Shown here piece after piece: positions 29,689 to 39,339 of a stretch of DNA of 64,000 nt. Where the stretch lies: IMG/VR virus record IMGVR_UViG_3300034629_000093; one strand, 5' to 3'. Each line of letters begins with the position of its first letter. The first letter of the stretch is position 1. The stretch comes from an uncultured virus (IMG/VR IMGVR_UViG_3300034629_000093) (taxonomy: Duplodnaviria > Heunggongvirae > Uroviricota > Caudoviricetes). The notes under the pieces were generated by a model. It did no database searches, was not told where the DNA came from, and saw only the letters and a program-made list of their open reading frames with translations. Made by a program: the position numbers and the translations under genes.

Positions 29689-30657
29689 ATGAAAAAAACA
29701 GGAATAATTCGACAAAGCACACTTCGCCATTTCGGCTTAAAAGAACCGGGCACGTATGAAAGCCGGTTACATAAACCATTGATCAATGACATCAAAGATG
29801 GGATTGAAAATCAATATCAAATGGCTATCGTTGCAGATTTTGGAGCAGGCAAATCACAGCTGCAGCACATGTTGGAAGCTTCTTATCTTGGTAAAGCTGA
29901 TCGGCCACTATTCGTGCATATTGTAAGCCCGGGTAAAGCAAAGTTAAACATTGGTTCGGTAGTAGATGAATTTAATCGCAAGCTACAAGTGACAGATGCC
30001 GGCAGATCTGTAAATGCTAAAACCATCAATCTGATCTCAGCCCTGGGCAAGTTCGTAACCGAAGGCAAGCGCAATGTATGCCTGGTCATCGACAATGCGC
30101 ACCGGTGCGATCCGGAACTATTCAGCGAGATCCGCGATCTCAGAGAACAGCACTTTGATGGGATCTTTCCATTGTTTAGTGTATTGCTTATCGGTCAAAC
30201 CGGACTGCAAACAAAGCTGAATCGTCGCCGTGAAGTTGGCTGGCGTACTCAGTTCCACCACATGAACGAGAAAGGCGGATGGTGGACCTTCGACGAACGC
30301 ATTGAATATTTGAAGGCCGTATATAGTGGAGTGATCACCGACGAAGCGCAGATCAACATAGCCAGCAAAACAAACGTGCCTTTAGAGATTGATCGCTTAG
30401 TTGGCGACAGCATGGAGAAAGCCATCACAGCACGCAAAAAAGTGATCGATGCCGAAGTAGTTCCGGCAACAGATAAAGAGATCCTGGCAGGGCTTGGCCT
30501 CAGTTATGCTGATGTAGCTGCAGAAGCTAAAGTGGGCAAATCCACCGTAAGCAATTACATGAACGGTGATCCGGTATCAGAAGAGAAAAGCTCGCAGATC
30601 AGCGCAGCCATCGAAAAGCTGAAAGGCAACAACTCCATCCGCCCAACCGGAACCTGA
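29689..30657 (+). CDS. Transposition AAA ATPase (MuB/ExeA-like) with C-terminal HTH
   Basis: ADFGAGKS Walker A, LVIDNAH Walker B, LLIGQ; C-terminal DVAAEAKVGKSTVSNYMNG. Confidence 0.88.
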   Translation: MKKTGIIRQSTLRHFGLKEPGTYESRLHKPLINDIKDGIENQYQMAIVADFGAGKSQLQHMLEASYLGKADRPLFVHIVSPGKAKLNIGSVVDEFNRKLQVTDAGRSVNAKTINLISALGKFVTEGKRNVCLVIDNAHRCDPELFSEIRDLREQHFDGIFPLFSVLLIGQTGLQTKLNRRREVGWRTQFHHMNEKGGWWTFDERIEYLKAVYSGVITDEAQINIASKTNVPLEIDRLVGDSMEKAITARKKVIDAEVVPATDKEILAGLGLSYADVAAEAKVGKSTVSNYMNGDPVSEEKSSQISAAIEKLKGNNSIRPTGT

Positions 30658-30661
30658 TATC

Positions 30662-31024
30662 ATGGCTACTCTAAAAAAACAAAGGTTTCAGAATGTAACA
30701 AGAAGAGTTATCGCAAATGAGATGATAGATATCTATTGTCTCATTTATGATGATTACAACATTACATTCAACCTAAACAGTCAGGAACGAGAACACGTTG
30801 ACATTCGCCATTGTGTGCGTTCATTTTTAGCAGAAAAGCATGGTGTTGGTCCGTCAATGATTGCATCAGCAGAAACATTGATCTGGCATATCTTAAAAGT
30901 TGGCTACAAAAAACCTATCGATCATTCTACTATAATTCACAGCTTCAAGGTCGTAAAACACACACTTCCAATCTCACGGCCGGCGTTTACCAGACGAATG
31001 AAGAATCTTATCCTGGGCGCTTAA
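30662..31024 (+). CDS. DnaA domain IV-like DNA-binding protein
   Basis: RH....L...IA...DHSTIIHS resembles the DnaA C-terminal DHTTV signature. Confidence 0.55.
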   Translation: MATLKKQRFQNVTRRVIANEMIDIYCLIYDDYNITFNLNSQEREHVDIRHCVRSFLAEKHGVGPSMIASAETLIWHILKVGYKKPIDHSTIIHSFKVVKHTLPISRPAFTRRMKNLILGA

Positions 31025-31291
31025 AAAAAAGAAATGCTGTGGCCGTTTTTGAAAGCTATCTTAAAGCTGAGTTATACACTGAATTAAAAAGCTTTCAAGA
31101 AACTTCATGCGAGCGTATATACTATCTAATGTCCGTAAACTACTTGTTTTTAGCCTCTTATTTGTTGTAGTTTCTTTACTCACTTAATATACCCCCGTAC
31201 ATGCCATTGCTGTTATGAACGTTTTTAAATAAAAAAGTGAATGATTCCGAACTAAAAATGTTAAGTGGAAAAATAATCATTAAAATATTGT

Positions 31292-31831
31292 ATGAACTTA
31301 AAAATCATTAGTGGTACTGATCGACCAAAATCATGGGCGCTTAAGCTCTCTAAGTATATTTCTAATATTTATACTCAAAAAAATATTGATGCAGAAGTTA
31401 TTAGTCTAGAAGACTTTCCATTAGCAGATGTAGTGGGTGGTAAATATGGAAAAGAAATTCCATCTATAAAAAAATTCAGAGACCCTATTTTAAATGCTGA
31501 TGCGCTCATATTCGTAATTCCGGAATACAATGGAGGATTCCCCGGAATCCTCAAAATGTTTATTGATTACCTTCCGTTTCCGGGAGCATTTGAAAAAATG
31601 CCAATGGCATTTATAGGTGAAGCTTCCGGAGCATTCGGAGCCCTGAGATCGGTAGAACAATTTCAAATGATCGCTAATTACAGGAATGCTCTACAGTTCC
31701 CGGAAAGAGTATTTATACCCAGAGTATCAAAAGAATTTGATCCGGAAACAGGATTAAAAGATGAGTTCAAGCAAAAACTTTTAGATTCCCAGGTTGAGAA
31801 TTTTATTAAGTTTGTCCGGGACAACTCTTAG
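31292..31831 (+). CDS. NADPH-dependent FMN reductase
   Basis: ISGTDRPKS, PEYNGGFPGILKMFID, GAFGALR. Confidence 0.92.
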   Translation: MNLKIISGTDRPKSWALKLSKYISNIYTQKNIDAEVISLEDFPLADVVGGKYGKEIPSIKKFRDPILNADALIFVIPEYNGGFPGILKMFIDYLPFPGAFEKMPMAFIGEASGAFGALRSVEQFQMIANYRNALQFPERVFIPRVSKEFDPETGLKDEFKQKLLDSQVENFIKFVRDNS

Positions 31832-32532
31832 TTCGATTTTAGCATATATCCGACTCCGTGCAGTGTAATCAGATAGCGGGGATCATCGGGATGAACTTCG
31901 ATTTTAGCTCTTAATTTTGAAATATGAACATCTACAGTTCTGGTATTTGTGCTGTATTCATATCTCCATACTTTTTCGAGCAGTTCATCTCTGGACACCG
32001 GGTTGTTGGCATGAGACAATAAATATCTGATAAGTTCTACCTCACGAGCTGTAAGTTCTACAACTTTATCGCCGGGATGGATAGCCTCGCTTTCAGCCAG
32101 ATCCAGTTTAACTTCACCTAATTGAAGAATATCAACTTCACCTGCATTCGAGTATGTGCCGGCTCTTCTCAAACGTGCTTTAATTCTTGCAAGAAGTTCT
32201 TTAACCCCAAAAGGTTTTGTAAGATAGTCATCAGCTCCAAGTTCAAGTCCTTTAACTTTATCGGTTTCCTGATCTTTAGCAGTAAGCATAATAATTGGAA
32301 AGGTATACTTAAGTTCACGTACATCTTTACAAATATCATATCCGCTTTTCCCGGGTAGCATAATATCCAGAATCATTAGGTCAGGGTTATGCTCCTTTAC
32401 CATTTCAACCGCACTTTCACCATCTTCACTTACAAATACGGTAAATCCTTCACCCTCTAGTGTATCCTGAAGTGTAAAAATTAGACTTGGTTCATCCTCT
32501 ACTATCAGGATTTTAGAACTCTTCTCTGCCAT
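31828..32532 (-). CDS. OmpR/PhoB-family response regulator
   Basis: Receiver (LDIMLP, GADDYLTKPF) plus wHTH (TRTVDVHISKLR). Confidence 0.95.
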   Translation of the reverse strand: MAEKSSKILIVEDEPSLIFTLQDTLEGEGFTVFVSEDGESAVEMVKEHNPDLMILDIMLPGKSGYDICKDVRELKYTFPIIMLTAKDQETDKVKGLELGADDYLTKPFGVKELLARIKARLRRAGTYSNAGEVDILQLGEVKLDLAESEAIHPGDKVVELTAREVELIRYLLSHANNPVSRDELLEKVWRYEYSTNTRTVDVHISKLRAKIEVHPDDPRYLITLHGVGYMLKSN

Positions 32533-32587
32533 ATCTTATTAGTTTGAGATTGTAAAATTGGATAATACTACTTTTTTTCGAGTAGTT

Positions 32588-34243
32588 TTAAATTTCTTGG
32601 GTATTAAGTTTTGGAAAAGAGAGCACGAAAGTTGTTCCTATACCATATTCACTTTCTACATGAATATCACCTCCATTCAACAGAACAAGGTTTCTTACAA
32701 TACTCAATCCTAATCCATGACCTTTTGTTTTAGCAACCAGAGTTTCTTCCACTCTGTAAAATTTCTTAAATATGTTTTTCAGTTCGTTTTTTCGGATACC
32801 AACACCATGATCCCGAATAGAGAGTTTGATCTGAGATTCATCTTCAAATAATTTTATAACAATCTTTTTTGTTTCAAAGCTATACTTAATAGCATTTTCA
32901 AAAAGGTTACTTAAGATGGTTTCTATGCTATCTATATCTACTAAAACATTAAAATCAGTTTCCTGCTCTGAGTTGTAATCGAGTTCAAATCCTTTTTCTA
33001 ATATGAACTCCTCATTCTCAGCCAAATAATTGTCGATCAATATCTTAAGATCTTGTTGAGTTTTATTAATGAGAGTTTGACCTGCGTCATATTTAGCTAC
33101 ATCCAGAAGTTTTTCGATCATTTTTCTCAGACGAATAGATTCATCGTAAATATGAGCTCCATATTTTTTGAGACGGGCAGGCTCGGTGACTCTTCCGTCA
33201 GAAATGTTTTCCCCTGCAGCCTGCATAACGGCTAATGGAGTTTTAAGCTCATGGGTAACATTCGCCAGAAAGCCCGCTTGCCTCATTGAAAGCTCTCGTT
33301 CTTTTTGAGCAGTATAAAACATGAACAGTAAAGAGCCTACTAAGAAAAGAACAGCAAAACCTAGAACTATAATGTTCTTTCTAAAAGTATCCTGATAGGC
33401 GGATGTGATTGGTGGATTCAGGAAAGCTACTTTTATGATCCAATCACCAAAGAATCTTGGAAAACGTACTCGGTTATCTACTAGATCTACACTAAAATCT
33501 ACCGAAGAGTTATTGGAAGCCAAGACAATATCTCTGCGATGATCATGTAGCCATACAATGGTTCCATCATTCTCAACGCCACCAAAATATTCATAAATGA
33601 GTGGGGCTATGAGCTTATTTACAATTGCTTCCTGGTCCAGGATAAATGTAAAATACCCAATTACTCTGTTTTCAGTTAAGTTGATCAATCCAATATTCAT
33701 GCTACGATGGGCGTCAAATTCTATCATCGAACGCCATCGCAAATCAAAATTATTGATCTGAATTCGTGTAGCAGAACGTATAAGACCAACTCCATCACAT
33801 ACCAGACTACTATAATCACTGGTTGTTTCCATTTTTTTATCACTTTGATTAAAGTAAAAGATGGAGGTATCGGTTTCACAAGGATCTTTTGAAGCAGGAG
33901 TATAATAAATAGAAGAAGTGTATGGATTATCAGCCAGGTCGATAAAGATCTTTTCTAACGTTTTAGATAATTTGCCATCATCCTGAAGTGATGCTTCCGC
34001 CTGGTTGTCAATATTTAACAGCTTGGTAAATGGTTGATATATTTCGCTCTGAACCAAAGCGGTGATTTCTTCGGCTTTTTTAAGCTGTCGTTCGCTCTCG
34101 CTCTCTGTTACTCTTTCGCGGATATCATAAAGGCTAAAGACATTCATTCCGGTGAGGGCAATAATAGCAACCAGACCTCCCATCAGGAGTATCCAGCGCA
34201 ATAGACGATTGCGACCAATTTTTTTGGCTGTATTAATGTTCAT
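32588..34243 (-). CDS. Membrane sensor histidine kinase
   Basis: Two TMs, HELKTPL, NAIKYS, GHGLGL. Confidence 0.95.
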   Translation of the reverse strand: MNINTAKKIGRNRLLRWILLMGGLVAIIALTGMNVFSLYDIRERVTESESERQLKKAEEITALVQSEIYQPFTKLLNIDNQAEASLQDDGKLSKTLEKIFIDLADNPYTSSIYYTPASKDPCETDTSIFYFNQSDKKMETTSDYSSLVCDGVGLIRSATRIQINNFDLRWRSMIEFDAHRSMNIGLINLTENRVIGYFTFILDQEAIVNKLIAPLIYEYFGGVENDGTIVWLHDHRRDIVLASNNSSVDFSVDLVDNRVRFPRFFGDWIIKVAFLNPPITSAYQDTFRKNIIVLGFAVLFLVGSLLFMFYTAQKERELSMRQAGFLANVTHELKTPLAVMQAAGENISDGRVTEPARLKKYGAHIYDESIRLRKMIEKLLDVAKYDAGQTLINKTQQDLKILIDNYLAENEEFILEKGFELDYNSEQETDFNVLVDIDSIETILSNLFENAIKYSFETKKIVIKLFEDESQIKLSIRDHGVGIRKNELKNIFKKFYRVEETLVAKTKGHGLGLSIVRNLVLLNGGDIHVESEYGIGTTFVLSFPKLNTQEI

Positions 34244-34324
34244 ATATATAAAATAGGAGAATCTTTGATCCCATCCATTTTAATGGTGGTAAAAAAAGAT
34301 GAAGAAAGGAATTGAAGTAAAGTT

Positions 34325-34702
34325 CTAAAGCTTTTCGAAGTTTTTCACTAAAGATTCCTTCAAAACATCAAATTCGATAGGTTTAACCAAATAATCCAGA
34401 TAATTGGTTTCTTTTGCTCGTTCCACGTGATATGGGTCTGAATTACCTGTAATATAAATTACGGGTACATCTGAGAATTTTCTAATCTCGAGCATCGCGT
34501 CAATACCATCCATTTCTCCTTCAAGAGAGATATCCATTAGGATCAAGTCCGGCTTGATACGTTTTGCAATTTCTATAGCAGTTTTTCCGTATACGAGTTC
34601 GCCCTCAGCCCCGTAGCCCAGTTTTTCCAAATAGCTTTCGTAAAGCAGATTTAGGATGAGATCGTCTTCAACGATCATAACCGTTTTCTGTTTTTTGTCC
34701 AT
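34325..34702 (-). CDS. Single-domain response regulator
   Basis: VEDD, LMDISL, YLVKP. Confidence 0.93.
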   Translation of the reverse strand: MDKKQKTVMIVEDDLILNLLYESYLEKLGYGAEGELVYGKTAIEIAKRIKPDLILMDISLEGEMDGIDAMLEIRKFSDVPVIYITGNSDPYHVERAKETNYLDYLVKPIEFDVLKESLVKNFEKL

Positions 34703-34929
34703 ATAATTAGCTCTTCTTAAATCAGCTTATATAATAAGAGGTTTAATGGATAAAGAAAATTCTTATTACCAAAGAATTTTAGATTAAAATAATTTCAAAA
34801 AAGCTTTTTGTTAAGTCTATTTAAGGTTAAAACTAAATAAGTTGCCTCATTTAAGTTATTATAGTATTCTGTTTTGATTTCTAGTAATGTTTTGGGGGGA
34901 GAATTAGGGTGCAGTGATCAAATAAAAGA

Positions 34930-36711
34930 ATGAAGGACATCAAAAACCTGTATAGAAAAAGATCCATCGGCAAGCTAAATGTTGATAAGAAAGTGGTAAG
35001 TATTTTACTGGTATTTATTGTACTGGTGATATCTCTTCTTATTTCTATTGTTGTATCTACTAATTCATTATCAGCATTACGGGGCTTTGCATCTTTCCAA
35101 ACAAACTGGACTACAGCACGGAAAGACGTAACATTCAATTTGGTAAACTACCTTCGTACACAGGATCAAGATTATAAAGCGAAAGTAGATAGTTCTGTTT
35201 TTCTTATTAAAGAAATGGAGCAGATCAGGGTCGAGCTAATGAAAGATAATACTGACAGAGAACTGGTAATAGCTTTGTTAGAAAAAACACATTCAGTACC
35301 TGATGATATAAATAGAATGATTACTACATTCGAAAATTTTCACGAATTCAGTGAATTCAAACATACAGTTGCATTATGGATTGAGTCTGATTCAATGATC
35401 TACGATTTGGAACTAATTTCGATCCAAGCTGAGAATCTAATGCAGGAGAATAGTTTTACCGAGGCTGATCAGGAGGATCTGATTTCGAAAGTTATAGAAT
35501 TGGATGACGAACTAACAGAAATGCAGTTTAAATTATCCAGATCATTGGCGAGGGGAACGGATCTGCTAAATTTGGTAATTATATGCGTGATTATTTCTCT
35601 AGTTGTAATAAGCATTATTGTTGGGAGTATACTTTCATTCAGATTTTTGAGAAGCATTAGAAAATGGAGTGAAGAAATTGAGCTTAGTGAGCAAAAATAC
35701 CGATCTCTGTTCGACCAAAATCCCAATGCAGTTTTTTCTGTATCACCAGTAGGAAAACTAATTAATGCCAACAAAGTACTTGAGCAACTCATAGGCTACT
35801 CTGCCAGAGAAATGAAAAATTCTACTTTTCAAAGATTCGTAGATAAATCTCAAGTAGATAAAGTTCGAAATCATTTTCTGTTGGCTTTAAGAGGGAGATC
35901 ACAGACTTATGAAACACAGATATTAAAAGCAGACGGAAGCTATATAGCCGCTGAAGTCACCAATTTACCTATCATTGTTGATGGTGAGATCACGGGTATT
36001 TATGGTGTAATAAATGATATCACGCACAAAAAAGAAGCGGAACAGAAAATTAAAGATCAGCTGGTAGAAAAAACATATCTATTATCAGAAGTGCATGATC
36101 GGGTAAAAAATAATTTAGCTTTGGTTTCCACCTTAGTTCAGTTGCAACAGAATGAGATTGAGAAAGAGAACAGGGGTGAGAGTTTTGTAAATACTGTATC
36201 CAGGATACGTTCTATGGCATTAGTGCATGAGCGTTTATATCAAAACGAAACGTTCTCCAGCATTAGAATGGATGAATACATAAACGATCTTATAGAGAAT
36301 ATTCAACTCAAAGGATATCAAAAAATTAAAAAACCGAGGCTGGAGCTGGAAACAAGTCCGGTAAGTCTTAGTATTGAACAGGCCATTCCAACGGGATTAC
36401 TTTTAAACGAAGTATTGGTAAATGCTTTTAAGTATGGCTCTGATGCTTTAGATCCGGTGATCAAGGTAAATATGTTTTCTGTTGATGGAGAAGTGACGAT
36501 CAAAGTTGAGGATAATGGTCCGGGGCTTCCCAAAAACTTTGAGCTGGAAAAGCCGGAAACATTGGGCTTCCGATTGGTTTCGGTACTATTGAAACAGTTA
36601 AAAGCCAGTTTTGTCATTAACAATGATAATGGAGCGTCTTTTACGTTCAGATATAAGATCGAAAAGCCGGTGACATCAAAGAGAGCAATGAAGCGACGGC
36701 TTGTGAATTAG
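34930..36711 (+). CDS. PAS-domain HisKA_2 histidine kinase
   Basis: EVHDRVKNNL, LNEVLVNAFKY, DNGPG; PAS (YRSLFDQNP). Confidence 0.92.
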   Translation: MKDIKNLYRKRSIGKLNVDKKVVSILLVFIVLVISLLISIVVSTNSLSALRGFASFQTNWTTARKDVTFNLVNYLRTQDQDYKAKVDSSVFLIKEMEQIRVELMKDNTDRELVIALLEKTHSVPDDINRMITTFENFHEFSEFKHTVALWIESDSMIYDLELISIQAENLMQENSFTEADQEDLISKVIELDDELTEMQFKLSRSLARGTDLLNLVIICVIISLVVISIIVGSILSFRFLRSIRKWSEEIELSEQKYRSLFDQNPNAVFSVSPVGKLINANKVLEQLIGYSAREMKNSTFQRFVDKSQVDKVRNHFLLALRGRSQTYETQILKADGSYIAAEVTNLPIIVDGEITGIYGVINDITHKKEAEQKIKDQLVEKTYLLSEVHDRVKNNLALVSTLVQLQQNEIEKENRGESFVNTVSRIRSMALVHERLYQNETFSSIRMDEYINDLIENIQLKGYQKIKKPRLELETSPVSLSIEQAIPTGLLLNEVLVNAFKYGSDALDPVIKVNMFSVDGEVTIKVEDNGPGLPKNFELEKPETLGFRLVSVLLKQLKASFVINNDNGASFTFRYKIEKPVTSKRAMKRRLVN

Positions 36712-36876
36712 ATTTAGAATGGGACTCACAGACTATCGTTGCTGTTGCTTTTAAGTTGTGAACTTGAAAGAGCTGTGCGTGTAATTATCTTTCGAACAAG
36801 GATGTCTGTATTTATTGATGGAAGCGTTACAATAGGTATAAGAACATTTCCTCATTGGACAGCATATAAGTAAAGA

Positions 36877-37362
36877 ATGAACATGGAAAAAGTAATAACT
36901 GTAATAATTTTAAGCTTTGTATTTTCAATAACCATTAACGCTCAACAACAGTATGTTAAGCTGGTAAACTTGAGTAAGTACAAAAATATTCAAGGAGTAA
37001 TCTTTCAGGGAGAATCTCAAAAGACGTGGTCTAATAAAAAGATGCAAGGTATGTTTTCACCAGAACTAAATGATTTGATAAAAGCAGAGGATATTATCAT
37101 AGATATTTGTTCAGATACTAAGAAAGCACACTATGTATGTTCAAAAATAGGGGAGTTTAAATTCTATAAAAGACAGTATGTAGGCCGTTTAAATAGTTCT
37201 AAAGAAAAGATTTTAGAAATTCAGTTTTTAAATTTTAAAAATAAAAAGGCGAGAGAATTTTTCAATGATTGGGATAAGAACTACATAATAGCATCAGGTG
37301 ATTTATTCTATGATAACTCATTCTTAATTTATATAAATCTAAATACTGGTGAGATTGAGTAA
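36877..37362 (+). CDS. Exported hypothetical protein (AT-rich orphan)
   Basis: Signal peptide; low GC. Confidence 0.65.
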   Translation: MNMEKVITVIILSFVFSITINAQQQYVKLVNLSKYKNIQGVIFQGESQKTWSNKKMQGMFSPELNDLIKAEDIIIDICSDTKKAHYVCSKIGEFKFYKRQYVGRLNSSKEKILEIQFLNFKNKKAREFFNDWDKNYIIASGDLFYDNSFLIYINLNTGEIE

Positions 37363-37546
37363 AACAGACTTAAATTGCCGATATTTTCAAGTTACTAACT
37401 TGAAAGTTCTACAGAAGTAATTCCTTAAAAAATATTTTTGAAGCAGAGCTTCAGGTGGTCATTCCGCAGCAGAGCTACGTAACGAGGAAAAATTCTGTGT
37501 CCCCCATGTTGCCCCTAGAAAGGAAAGCATTGACAATCATGTGAAA

Positions 37547-37592
37547 ACAAAAAAGCCCTGTAACTCTATAAATATATGAGCTACAAGGCTTT
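37547..37592 (-). terminator. Hairpin/terminator downstream of the tRNA 3' fragment
   Basis: AAAGCCCTGTAACTC...GAGCTACAAGGCTTT with a T-run on the - strand. Confidence 0.6.
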
Positions 37593-37595
37593 AAA

Positions 37596-37608
37596 GTACC
37601 CGAGGCCG
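37596..37608 (-). other. Prophage att core, probable duplicated 3' end of tRNA-Leu
   Basis: CGGCCTCGGGTAC on the - strand resembles a tRNA-Leu T-stem/acceptor end; lies 157 bp upstream of the integrase. Confidence 0.6.
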
Positions 37609-37765
37609 CGGTTTCCGTTAATTAAATAAGAGTAAATACACACTCATAAAGAAATAATATTCGAAATGAGTATATAATATTGCAAATTAGCAATTATTTA
37701 TTAATATTTAATCAATCAACAACCACCAATACAGAGACCAATTCTGTATTAAAAACTCCACAACC

Positions 37766-39079
37766 ATGGCCACAATAAGATTTGTTTTACGCCTAACCCG
37801 CAAAAACAGAATGGATCAATCCCCCCTCTTTGTTAGGATCAATTCTAAAAATAAAAAAACAATCAAATACATAGATATTTGGTTAGATCCTAGAAACTGG
37901 AATCCAAAATCAGAGACAGTAAAACCCGTAACCATAACACCACGGACGGCAGACACTCACAACATCACTATCCAAAAAATAAGATCCCGATTCTTAGAGA
38001 TAATAGCTGAACTAAATCAAGCCAATCGGATAGCAGAGATCTCAGGAAAACCAACATTTCCAATCGATCCAATCAAAATAAAAAAAGCCCTCTTTCAAGA
38101 AGAAGAAGAAAATATTAAAATAGATTTTTTCGAATACGTAAAAATCTATTTAGGAAGGTTAGAAGAAAACAAATCCAGATACAACACATTTAAAAAACAC
38201 AGATCCGTAACACGTAAATTCATAAAGTTCATAAAAGAAGAATATCCACACTACAAAGAAAGTTACAAATTCACCGATATATCTATATCAGACATAAAAC
38301 GGTATAAAGGGCATCTCCTAAACAAGATCAAAAACTCACCAAATACAGTAGGAAAAGACATTCAAGAATTAGGGGCAATATTTGATCATGCTATAAAAGA
38401 AGAAATTACGGAACCGTTACAAAATCCCTTCCGTTATATAAATGTAAAAAAAGAACCCGTAAAAAAAGTACCACTCACATACAGCGAGATCGAAAAAATT
38501 GTTGCATTAGACAAATTCGAGAAGCCATTCACAAGAAAAGTAAGAGACTGTTTTTTATTCCAGATCTTTACAGCCGGTTTACGGATAGGGGATTTATGCA
38601 CAATTACAAAAGCGGACATACAAGATAATGGTAGGATCTTCAACTACACAATGAATAAAACCAAAAATACAAACGAGCTGGAGTTAAAGCCCGCTGCGAA
38701 AGCGATACTCAATATCTATTTAGAAAGATCACCAAATGAAAACGTATTCAATTTATTATCCAGGCCCGTATCCGAATACAAAAATGACTTCGATTTAAAA
38801 TCCGAAATAGAATCAGTTACAACCCTTTACAACCAAGAATTAAAAAAAATAGCGAAGTTAGCCGGTATCACTAAAAATGTAACATCACATATCAGTCGCC
38901 ACACCTTTGCACACATGGCACTCAGTAGTGGGTGGGACATTTACACCATAAAAACAGCGCTTCGCCACAGCAATATCAGTATTACCGAAAAATATCTAAG
39001 AGGCTTTAAAGATATGAACGTAGACAGAAAGATGGGCGAGCTCTTCAGTAATCCAAGCCTCATCATCGAAGCGGCCTAA
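37766..39079 (+). CDS. Tyrosine integrase (Arm-binding, SAM-like and catalytic domains)
   Basis: AGLRIGD, KT, HISRHTFA, LRHSNISITEKY. Confidence 0.95.
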   Translation: MATIRFVLRLTRKNRMDQSPLFVRINSKNKKTIKYIDIWLDPRNWNPKSETVKPVTITPRTADTHNITIQKIRSRFLEIIAELNQANRIAEISGKPTFPIDPIKIKKALFQEEEENIKIDFFEYVKIYLGRLEENKSRYNTFKKHRSVTRKFIKFIKEEYPHYKESYKFTDISISDIKRYKGHLLNKIKNSPNTVGKDIQELGAIFDHAIKEEITEPLQNPFRYINVKKEPVKKVPLTYSEIEKIVALDKFEKPFTRKVRDCFLFQIFTAGLRIGDLCTITKADIQDNGRIFNYTMNKTKNTNELELKPAAKAILNIYLERSPNENVFNLLSRPVSEYKNDFDLKSEIESVTTLYNQELKKIAKLAGITKNVTSHISRHTFAHMALSSGWDIYTIKTALRHSNISITEKYLRGFKDMNVDRKMGELFSNPSLIIEAA

Positions 39080-39188
39080 CACCAACCACTCTGCACATTG
39101 CAATATGTAAATTAAATTAATTTTGTAAGGAATTGTTATTATAATGGTCTTACTACAATCAAGTAGTTATAAATAAATAAATCGAATC

Positions 39189-39296
39189 ATGAAAAATCCA
39201 ATCAAATATCTATCCCCGGATGGAGATGGAGGCCAAGGCTCAGGCTCAGGTCAAGGATCAGGATCTGGCACCGGTGGCGACGGCGGTGGCGGATAA
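39189..39296 (+). CDS. 35-aa Gly/Ser-rich micropeptide (absent from the ORF track)
   Basis: MKNPIKYLSPDGDGGQGSGSGQGSGSGTGGDGGGG*; varied Gly codons; followed by a hairpin. Confidence 0.65.
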   Translation: MKNPIKYLSPDGDGGQGSGSGQGSGSGTGGDGGGG

Positions 39297-39304
39297 ACAT
39301 TCAC

Positions 39305-39328
39305 ACCCTCCGGTTAGCCGGAGGGTTT
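39305..39328 (+). terminator. Hairpin between the micropeptide and TPR gene
   Basis: ACCCTCCGG-TTAG-CCGGAGGGT then TT. Confidence 0.65.
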
Positions 39329-39339
39329 AAATTATAAAA

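Larger units (their letters stand above)
1..31201. mobile_element. Mu-like transposable prophage (left end outside window; right end approximate)
   Basis: DDE transposase, AAA ATPase, GemA-like, DUF3164, Mor-like and MuF genes plus head/tail genes; host-type genes begin at 31292; candidate ...GTACA 3' end at 31201. Confidence 0.9.

Noticed and set aside
36790..37400. Orphan gene as another attC cassette
   Set aside because: No matching GTT.../...AAC inverted pair or attC hairpin found around it.
37766..39079. Integrase as the integron integrase for the cassette array
   Set aside because: It has an Arm-binding phage-integrase architecture, sits at the att site 15 kb away, and I could not see the IntI-specific insertion.
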